DNA of 32,000 nucleotides from Nostoc punctiforme PCC 73102 (GTDB taxonomy: Bacteria > Cyanobacteriota > Cyanobacteriia > Cyanobacteriales > Nostocaceae): the NCBI RefSeq assembly GCF_000020025.1, contig NC_010631.1, forward strand, positions 90,001 through 122,000. Reading direction: 5' to 3'. Made by a program: the position numbers and the translations under genes. The notes under the pieces were generated by a model. The model searched no databases. It saw only the letters and a list, made by a program, of their open reading frames with translations, and was not told the origin of the DNA. Positions 17,291 to 24,447 of the stretch are shown piece after piece (the stretch's first letter is position 1; the number at the start of each line of letters is the position of its first letter).

Positions 17291-17461
17291 GAATGGCACC
17301 AAGAAAAGGGAAAATCGTTGAGGCAGCAGGGGTGCAGAGGAGCAGGGGAGAAAGAAGAAGTTTTAGGTATTTGCGTTCGGATATTTAGAAATTTCGCTCT
17401 GCTCCCCTGCCCCTCTGCAATCCTTACGCTGCACACTCTTCAGCTTAACTTAGTGCCATTC
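17291..17461. mobile_element. MITE-like 171-bp element: 9-bp TIRs, an internal G-rich palindrome and an apparent 11-bp target duplication
   Basis: The ends are GAATGGCAC (17291-17299) and GTGCCATTC (17453-17461). GACTTAGAGGT is directly repeated at 17280-17290 and 17462-17472. The core is GCAGGGGTGCAGAGGAGCAGGGGAG...CTGCTCCCCTGCCCCTCTGC. Confidence 0.5.
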
Positions 17462-17961
17462 GACTTAGAGGTACATATTGCCGAAAATTAAAGGATAAGC
17501 TTGCTGAACCTAGAGCCTGACTGGTTTTGTGGCCAAATGCCCGTTTTGCGAGAGTGCGATCGCCTTTGGCGGGCGGTTATGCCATCGCAAAGCACAAAAA
17601 TGATCGCATTGCCTACATTTAGCGTAGAACTCGCGGCAAGCTTATTCTTTAATGAAATTCGACCAATAATTAAGAATTAATCGAAATAATAATGCTTTCA
17701 GCCTTTACTGCGGCAAGCTTTTACTTTAAGTCACAACCTCTTTGCTCATGATAGTTGTGGCGGTGTGCTATCGAGATCACTGCCTCTATTTTTATGTATC
17801 TCCAGGTACTCAGAAGGGTATGCAAAAATTCTGGCTTGCTCAATCTCGTCTCATTTGCCAAGGCACGCAAAGTTACTTAAGATCCTAAGTTTTTGTCCTC
17901 AATGAGTTTTGCCATACAAGCTAAAACTGCATAAGGTAAGTGAGTCTAGAATTAAGAACCA

Positions 17962-19422
17962 ATGTCAGGCGATACTGCTGTTGATGGTTTAGTTCAAATA
18001 CTTATGGGTGTGGCATCACGATATTGGGAACTAGTGAAAATTGATGGGGCGGGACGGCGACAGGTTCGGGAAATTAGTGCAGCTAAGGCATTTTTTGTAG
18101 ATGTGTTCCCAGCGATCACCTCCAGTGGAGGGAACGGCATCGTAGATAATACAGATCGTCATCATGTCCCAGATGCAGAAATTCAACTCCAACTGCTGCA
18201 ACTATCGCGGGATGCACCTGCTGATAGATGTTTGTTAGCACAACGTTGTCTATTGTGTTTTATATCTTGGCAAATTGAGCAAGTTTGCTTACAATTGGCA
18301 GCCAATTTTGGGAGGGTTCACGGTTTCAGTTGTGCTGATTTGCTGCCTTACGTCCTAGATGATGATGGCAAGCTACAACCGAATAGCACTTATCAATCTC
18401 TTTCTCAAAAGATTTTGCAGAGTTTTAACCCACAACAAAGCAGTCTCACAACCTGGACAACTACCAGAGTCAAACACGATGCTGCACTCAATCAATTTTT
18501 GCTGGAGTGTGGAGTTTATATGGTGAGTGACTGGGCAATTCTTAATGATACTCGACCTCAACAGCTAGAGCGCATTTTCCGAGAATTTTACGCCTTAACA
18601 CCTCCAGAAATTCAACAAGCGCAACAGCTTTTAGGAAGCTACCATGCTATTTATCGGACAGCGCGTCTGCAACAGCGATCGCTCTCCATTGGGGGGAAAT
18701 GTACTACACCGACAACTCAACAACTACAACAAATCGCCACTCTCCTCCAAAGTCAAACTAGTCAAACTCTCAAGAGTGAGACTGTGATGACACAACTGCA
18801 AAAACTCGCAACTCAACTAAGAGAATACCGGATTCATGTCCGGGGTGGGTCTTTACCGACAAAATCTCTAGATACTATTACTGGTGATGAGTATACTGAC
18901 ACTACCAAAGCGTTAGATAATGAAGATGAACAAGCAGAGTTTTTGCAATTATATCGCCCCCAATTTCTGGCTTGTTTAGAACAAGCATTGGCTATAGTGA
19001 CTCAATCACGGGTAAATAGATTACAACGGAAAAAGGGTGAAAAAGCCAAAAAGTTTTTGCAAGCACTCAAGTTATTTCACTGTCAAAATTTACGCATGAC
19101 AGAAATTGCTGACAGTATGGGATTACGCGCCCAAGATGCAGTAACTCGTTTGTTAAAACTAAAAGAATTTCGTGCTGATGTCAGACAACAGCTTTTATTA
19201 TTGTTATGCGAGCGCGTTTTGGATTTGGCAAAAAACTACTCTCATCCAGACAGGCTGATAACTTTAGAACAGCAAATTAAACTTGCTCTTGACGAACAAA
19301 TTACTCAGGTTATAAAAGAAGCAGGAAATCAATCTCAAACAGCAAAAATAAACACAATAGAAAATGGTCTGTTTAGTGAAAGACTCTGCCGCTATCTCGA
19401 TTCGCTTAATGAGGAAATATGA
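17962..19422 (+). CDS. Hypothetical 486-aa protein with a C-terminal sigma-70 region-4-like HTH (putative divergent sigma factor or DNA-binding protein)
   Basis: The segment FLQALKLFHCQNLRMTEIADSMGLRAQDAVTRLLKLKEFRADVRQQL resembles a region 4.2 HTH. The rest of the protein could not be assigned by eye. The stop codon overlaps the next start (ATGA). Confidence 0.4.
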   Translation: MSGDTAVDGLVQILMGVASRYWELVKIDGAGRRQVREISAAKAFFVDVFPAITSSGGNGIVDNTDRHHVPDAEIQLQLLQLSRDAPADRCLLAQRCLLCFISWQIEQVCLQLAANFGRVHGFSCADLLPYVLDDDGKLQPNSTYQSLSQKILQSFNPQQSSLTTWTTTRVKHDAALNQFLLECGVYMVSDWAILNDTRPQQLERIFREFYALTPPEIQQAQQLLGSYHAIYRTARLQQRSLSIGGKCTTPTTQQLQQIATLLQSQTSQTLKSETVMTQLQKLATQLREYRIHVRGGSLPTKSLDTITGDEYTDTTKALDNEDEQAEFLQLYRPQFLACLEQALAIVTQSRVNRLQRKKGEKAKKFLQALKLFHCQNLRMTEIADSMGLRAQDAVTRLLKLKEFRADVRQQLLLLLCERVLDLAKNYSHPDRLITLEQQIKLALDEQITQVIKEAGNQSQTAKINTIENGLFSERLCRYLDSLNEEI

Positions 19423-20765
19423 CTAATTTATCCAAAAGTACTCCGCAGATGCGGCTAGATTTTGAATCTTTACCAACAGCCACCATTACTCTCTCTGCCG
19501 ATCAAATTACTCAAGCAGTAGAACTCAGTAGTAAAATCAAAAATTCGTCTCAGCAGTGGCAGACTTATATTCATGCTTTGGCGTTATGCGCTTTTGAAGA
19601 ATGGTTAGCATTACGGGTAAATTCTCTGACAATTAACCGGGAAAGATGTACAACTTTGCAGCCAGCACTTGCGAAAGCGATCGTGGCTGTGGCGAATTTA
19701 CAGGTAGGTAAATTTAAAATTTGTTTAATTACCACTGGTAGCCTGACTGATGAGCAAATTTATTTACCGCAAGCAGTTGTAGATTTACCAGAATATATTC
19801 CTCATTTTTATGTGTGGGTGGAAGTTTTAGAAGAAGAAGATGCAGCACTTATTTCGGGATTTTTATCCTATCAGCAGTTAAGAGAACACCAGACAACAGT
19901 TAATTTACAATCATCAGCAGATTGGAATTATCAAATACCAGTGAGTTGGTTTGAGAAGAATCCAGACCGCTTATTGTTATACTTGCGTTGTCTAGAACCA
20001 GAGACAATTGCTTTACCAGCTAAAAGCGAAAATACCCAGCTTTTATCGACAATCCAAAATGAATTACTAGCATTATTACCCCAATTGCGATCACCTGGAA
20101 CAGAACTGTGGCAAGTATTAACTTGGGAACAGGGAAAGGTGGTATTGACTCATCCAGAGTTGCTGAATTGGATTGATAATTCGCAACAGCAAACACACAC
20201 GTCTTCAACTAGTGACAGCTTAAAGGATTTACTGAAATTGTTGACAGAGCCAGCGCTGAATGTGGGACGTTGGTTGTGGGATGAATTAGATGAATTAGCA
20301 GAGGAATTTTCTTGGCGATTATTACCGAGTTTGACACCAGCAGCAGCGATGCGAAGTCCTATAGAAGAGTTTCCAGCCATTATTCACCAACTTCAGCACC
20401 GAGGTTTGGAAATTCCGGCTGTGGCGCGGGGTGCGTATCAAGATTTTCTTTTAACAGCAATTCCTCTGCGGTTGTATGCTGTGACTTGGCATTTGTTAGC
20501 GGAATCAGAACCGAATTTATGGACATTATTGTTAGTTCTTGGTACAGCTTCTCACACAGCTTTACCTGTTTATTTAAAACTGCGGGTGAGTGACCAAACT
20601 GGGGTTTTAGTAGAACAGGAGATAAATCCACAACAGCAAGATTCTTATTTATTTACGCGTGTGGTGGGGAATTGGGATGAGAAGTTTTTGGTGAGTGTAA
20701 GTTTAACAGATGGTGTTGAGGTGAACTTACCTCCATTTACATTTTCTCCCAGGCGGTTGGTTTAG
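19419..20765 (+). CDS. DUF1822-like cyanobacterial protein (448 aa), translationally coupled to the sigma-like gene
   Basis: The pattern WQTYIHALALCAFEEWL...LQVGKFKICLITTGS...VDLPEYIPHFYVWVEVLEEE...ISGFLSYQQL is as I recall for DUF1822-family proteins. There is a 4-nt ATGA overlap with the upstream gene. Confidence 0.5.
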   Translation: MTNLSKSTPQMRLDFESLPTATITLSADQITQAVELSSKIKNSSQQWQTYIHALALCAFEEWLALRVNSLTINRERCTTLQPALAKAIVAVANLQVGKFKICLITTGSLTDEQIYLPQAVVDLPEYIPHFYVWVEVLEEEDAALISGFLSYQQLREHQTTVNLQSSADWNYQIPVSWFEKNPDRLLLYLRCLEPETIALPAKSENTQLLSTIQNELLALLPQLRSPGTELWQVLTWEQGKVVLTHPELLNWIDNSQQQTHTSSTSDSLKDLLKLLTEPALNVGRWLWDELDELAEEFSWRLLPSLTPAAAMRSPIEEFPAIIHQLQHRGLEIPAVARGAYQDFLLTAIPLRLYAVTWHLLAESEPNLWTLLLVLGTASHTALPVYLKLRVSDQTGVLVEQEINPQQQDSYLFTRVVGNWDEKFLVSVSLTDGVEVNLPPFTFSPRRLV

Positions 20766-20957
20766 TTTCTCCGGTTACATTTTTGGTAACAAATATCTCG
20801 TGTATAAGTATTAATCTCTGCATGACGCTGATGCTTTTCATTTTGCCCAGGCTCAAAATTATACTCATCTATATACATTTGATGATAAATTTGTGAACTG
20901 CTCCCAGGGGCTAACTACCTGTGAAGTGACAATACCTTGAATTAAGTGATACAAAAA

Positions 20958-20995
20958 TGTTTGCATAACCTCCCCAAGCGTGAGAGATATAGATA
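20958..20995 (+). promoter_or_regulatory. Copy C of the bipartite upstream motif: TGTTTGCATAACCTCCCCAAGCGTGAGAGATATAGATA
   Basis: It lies about 44 nt upstream of the GTG start of the TPR-CHAT gene at 21040. Confidence 0.45.
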
Positions 20996-21039
20996 ATTAG
21001 CTAGTAAATATTCTCACCTCTGTTGGAGGACTGCTTCTC

Positions 21040-23172
21040 GTGCATTACCGTCTTAAATCCCTCTCTCTTACTACTTTGATGCTTTCCCTGTCTTTACCTG
21101 TAGGAGTTGCGGAATCAAAGCCAAGGGGAAATATGCAAACTACCCTAACTGCACAGGCGCAAACAACACAAGAACGCAAGGATGAAGCATTGCGGCTGAA
21201 CCGATTAGGTGTTCAACAATTCAATAAAGGCCAGTTTCAAGAAGCTTTAAAAACTTTTGAGCAAGCTTTAGCGATTGTCAAACAAATCGGTAACACAGCA
21301 GATGAAGGCACTACTCTCAACAATATTGGGGAAATTTACCGCAATTTGGGAGAGTATGCCAAAGCTTTAGACTTCTATCAGCAAGCTTTAGCGATTTACA
21401 AACAAATTGGTGACACAGCAGGTGAAGGCACTACTCTCAACAATATTGGGTTAGTTTACGACAGCCAGGGAGAGTATGCCAAAGCTTTAGACTTCTATCA
21501 GCGAGTTTTAGCAATTGTCAAACAAACTGGTAACACAGCCGTTGAAGGCAAAATTCTCAACAATATTGGGTCAGTTTATGTCAATCAGGGAGAGTATGCC
21601 AAAGCTTTAGACTTCTATCAGCAATCTTTAGCGATTTACAAACAAATTGGTAACACAGCAACTGAAGGCACTACTCTCAACAATATTGGGGAAGTTTACC
21701 GTAATCAGGGAGAGTATGCCAAGGCTTTAGGCTTCTATCAGCAAGCTTTAGCGATTTACAAACAAATTGGTGGCACAGTAGGTAAAGGGACTGCTCTCAA
21801 CAATATTGGGTTCACTTACAACAGTTTGGCTAGGTATGCAGATGCAGAAAAAACCTTATTTGCAGCTATTGAGGTTTGGGAATCTCTGCGAACACGGGAA
21901 TTACCTGATGACCAAAAAATATCAATTTTTGAGAAGCAAGCTTCCACTTACCATTTGCTACAACGAGCTCTGATTACCCAAAATAAAACTAACACAGCAT
22001 TAGAAATATCTGAACGAAGTCGAGCTAGAGCATTTATTGAGTTATTAGCCTCCAAAATATCTGGAAATATCGACAATCAACAAGCTGTCAAACCACCTAA
22101 TATTGAGCAAGTTAAACAAATTGCCAAAGCACAAAATACCACACTTGTTGAATATTCAGCTAATGAATCAAAACTTTATATTTGGGTCGTCAAACCAACT
22201 GGTAAAATAGCTTTTAAACAAGTAGACCTCAATTCATTAAATACACCACTTGCACAACTAGTAAACAAAAGCCGTCTATCTATTGGTGCTGGGGGTCGGG
22301 GTATTAAGGTAGAACCTAAAAATGAATATACTAAAAAACAGACTTTACAGAAATTACATGAGGTATTGATTGAACCCATCGCATCTCTTCTCCCTACTAA
22401 TCCAGATGAACACGTTATCTTCATCCCCCATGAATCGCTGTTTTTAGTTCCTTTCGTAGCACTGCAAGATAAAGATGGCAAATACCTGATCGAGAAACAC
22501 ACTATCTTAACAGCACCAGCAATTCAAGTTTTAGATTTGACACATCAGCAACGCCAAAAGGTGACGGGTAAAGATGTGTTAGTTATGGGCAATCCTATCA
22601 TGCCAAAAGTAGGCATTCCACCTGTGCAACTTAACCCACTGTTGGGTGCCCAAAAGGAAGCTGTGACAGTTGCAAGTTTATTCAAAACTAAAGCTATCAC
22701 TGGTAAAGATGCAACAAAAGCAGCTTTCAAACAAAAATTATCATCTGCGAAGATTATTCATTTAGCAACGCATGGATTGTTAGATGACGCTGATAAGAGT
22801 ATACCAAGTGCGATCGCTCTTGCACCCACCAGCAACGATGACGGTTTACTCACCCCTGCGGAAATTGTCGATTTAAAAATCAACGCTGAATTAGTGGTGT
22901 TAAGCGCTTGCGACACAGGTAGAGGGACAATTACTGGTGATGGCGTAATTGGATTATCTCGTTCTTTGATTACGGCTGGCGCGTCTAGTGTGATTGTCTC
23001 ATTGTGGGCGGTTCCTGATTCACCCACATCAGAATTAATGACAGAGTTCTATCAGCAATGGCAGAAAAATCCTGATAAGGCGGCGGCGTTACGCAATGCA
23101 ATGCTGATTACTATGAAGAAGCATCCTCAGCCTCGTGATTGGGCGGCTTTTACATTGATTGGCGAGTCTTAA
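21040..23172 (+). CDS. Secreted TPR-repeat / CHAT-domain (caspase-like Cys protease) protein, 710 aa
   Basis: The signal peptide is MHYRLKSLSLTTLMLSLSLPVGVAES. Five 40-aa TPR units follow. The CHAT region carries a His (IIHLATHGLLDD) and a Cys (VVLSACDTGRG) dyad, and the C-terminus reads WAAFTLIGES. Confidence 0.9.
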   Translation: MHYRLKSLSLTTLMLSLSLPVGVAESKPRGNMQTTLTAQAQTTQERKDEALRLNRLGVQQFNKGQFQEALKTFEQALAIVKQIGNTADEGTTLNNIGEIYRNLGEYAKALDFYQQALAIYKQIGDTAGEGTTLNNIGLVYDSQGEYAKALDFYQRVLAIVKQTGNTAVEGKILNNIGSVYVNQGEYAKALDFYQQSLAIYKQIGNTATEGTTLNNIGEVYRNQGEYAKALGFYQQALAIYKQIGGTVGKGTALNNIGFTYNSLARYADAEKTLFAAIEVWESLRTRELPDDQKISIFEKQASTYHLLQRALITQNKTNTALEISERSRARAFIELLASKISGNIDNQQAVKPPNIEQVKQIAKAQNTTLVEYSANESKLYIWVVKPTGKIAFKQVDLNSLNTPLAQLVNKSRLSIGAGGRGIKVEPKNEYTKKQTLQKLHEVLIEPIASLLPTNPDEHVIFIPHESLFLVPFVALQDKDGKYLIEKHTILTAPAIQVLDLTHQQRQKVTGKDVLVMGNPIMPKVGIPPVQLNPLLGAQKEAVTVASLFKTKAITGKDATKAAFKQKLSSAKIIHLATHGLLDDADKSIPSAIALAPTSNDDGLLTPAEIVDLKINAELVVLSACDTGRGTITGDGVIGLSRSLITAGASSVIVSLWAVPDSPTSELMTEFYQQWQKNPDKAAALRNAMLITMKKHPQPRDWAAFTLIGES
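21229..21828 (+). repeat. Five tandem 120-bp TPR coding units with very high nucleotide identity
   Basis: GGAGAGTATGCCAAAGCTTTAGACTTCTATCAGCAAGCTTTAGCGATTTACAAACAAATTGGT..ACACAGCA..TGAAGGCACTACTCTCAACAATATTGGG recurs nearly verbatim. Confidence 0.85.
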
Positions 23173-23247
23173 GGAAAAGTTTATGCAGAGACGCAAAGAG
23201 GGAACGGAAAGAGTTTAAGGTGTATTTTATAAGTGTTTATTGGCGGT

Positions 23248-24429
23248 CAAAAGTGTTGAATGTTAAGAAAAATCCGATAAAAACAGCCCAAAATATGTTA
23301 AATTTTGGGCGGAAGATTAAAGTATATCTATTTAATAGTGATTATAAATTCATTTCCCAAGATTGTCAAAGATATCTTGAGAGGACTGCCAAAAAACGAT
23401 TATCCAGTATTGAACAGTCGTCTGTTCTTTGAGTGCTGGTTATCTTATGCTATGGATAACAGCTTAACAAGTATGCGAGATTTATTTAACAGATTAAACA
23501 ACACAGGATTTCCGGTAGATATTTCTACTTTCTCTAAAGCAAACTTACATCGAAGTCAAAAACCTTTTCAAGAAATTTACCAAAAATTAAATGAATTAGT
23601 ACAGAAGAAAGTTCAAAAAAAGTTACATGATAAATATGCAATTTGTCCAATAGATTCAACAATTATTACTCTCACAAGTAAATTGTTATGGGTACTAGGA
23701 CACCATCAAGTAAAACTTTTCAGTTCTCTAAATTTAGCTACTGGAAGTCCATCAGATAACTTCATAAACTTTGGACATGACCATGACTATAAATTTGGTT
23801 GTAAAATGATGTCTAGTCTACCAAATAATGCTGTTGGTGTAATGGATAGAGGTTTTGCTGGATTAAAATTTATCCAAGAATTAGTCCAAGAAAACAAATA
23901 CTTTGTTTTGCGGGTAAAAAACAATTGGAAGTTAGAATTTGAGGAGCAAACTGGATTAATTAAAGTTGGTGCATCTAATGATGCTCAAGCCTATAGAGTG
24001 ATTAATTTTTGTGATTTAGAAACGAAAACTGAGTTTCGATTAGTAACCAATTTACCAACATTAGGAGAGGCTGCCGTTAGTGATTATGAAATCAGGGATA
24101 TTTATCGATTGCGTTGGGGAGTTGAATTGTTGTGGAAGTTTTTGAAAATGCACTTAAAACTTGACAAGTTAATTACTAAAAATGTTAATGGTATCACCAT
24201 ACAAATTTACGTTACTTTAATAGCTTATCTAATTTTACAGATATTATCTGTACCACAACAATGGGGACATACGCTATTAGATAAATTCCGCTATTTACAA
24301 TCTTGTATGTGTCAGAAAATAAGTTATGTTCATTGGTTTGAAGAGATGATGTCATGTTGACTATTTTAGGCTTTTTAGAGTTAGTGTAACTAGATATGTA
24401 AACTTTTGTATCAGCATTCAACATTTCTG
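23248..24429 (+). mobile_element. IS4-family insertion sequence (1182 bp) with 15-bp TIRs and a 9-bp target-site duplication
   Basis: The left end is CAAAAGTGTTGAATG (23248-23262). The reverse complement of the right end (24415-24429) is CAGAAATGTTGAATG, a 13/15 match. ATTGGCGGT is directly repeated at 23239-23247 and 24430-24438. Confidence 0.85.
23305..24360 (+). CDS. IS4-family DDE transposase
   Basis: The motifs are CPIDSTIITL, VMDRGFAGLKFIQEL and the YREK signature YRLRWGVELLWKFLK. The 23305 start is a TTG. The in-frame GTG at 23338, giving (M)IINSFPKIVKDIL, is a more likely start. Confidence 0.85.
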   Translation: MGGRLKYIYLIVIINSFPKIVKDILRGLPKNDYPVLNSRLFFECWLSYAMDNSLTSMRDLFNRLNNTGFPVDISTFSKANLHRSQKPFQEIYQKLNELVQKKVQKKLHDKYAICPIDSTIITLTSKLLWVLGHHQVKLFSSLNLATGSPSDNFINFGHDHDYKFGCKMMSSLPNNAVGVMDRGFAGLKFIQELVQENKYFVLRVKNNWKLEFEEQTGLIKVGASNDAQAYRVINFCDLETKTEFRLVTNLPTLGEAAVSDYEIRDIYRLRWGVELLWKFLKMHLKLDKLITKNVNGITIQIYVTLIAYLILQILSVPQQWGHTLLDKFRYLQSCMCQKISYVHWFEEMMSC

Positions 24430-24447
24430 ATTGGCGGTTAATTAATT

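Noticed and set aside
21229-21828. Regularly spaced 120-bp repeats, also at 28786-30345 and about 760-1600, which could look like a CRISPR array or satellite.
   Set aside because: They lie in long open reading frames and translate into canonical 40-aa TPR units. There is no repeat/unique-spacer alternation, and no cas genes are present in the window.
23139-23432. 97-aa ORF spanning the end of the TPR-CHAT gene and the left end of the IS4 element.
   Set aside because: It crosses the IS boundary at 23248, so it is a chimeric artefact of the insertion. It is out of frame with the transposase.
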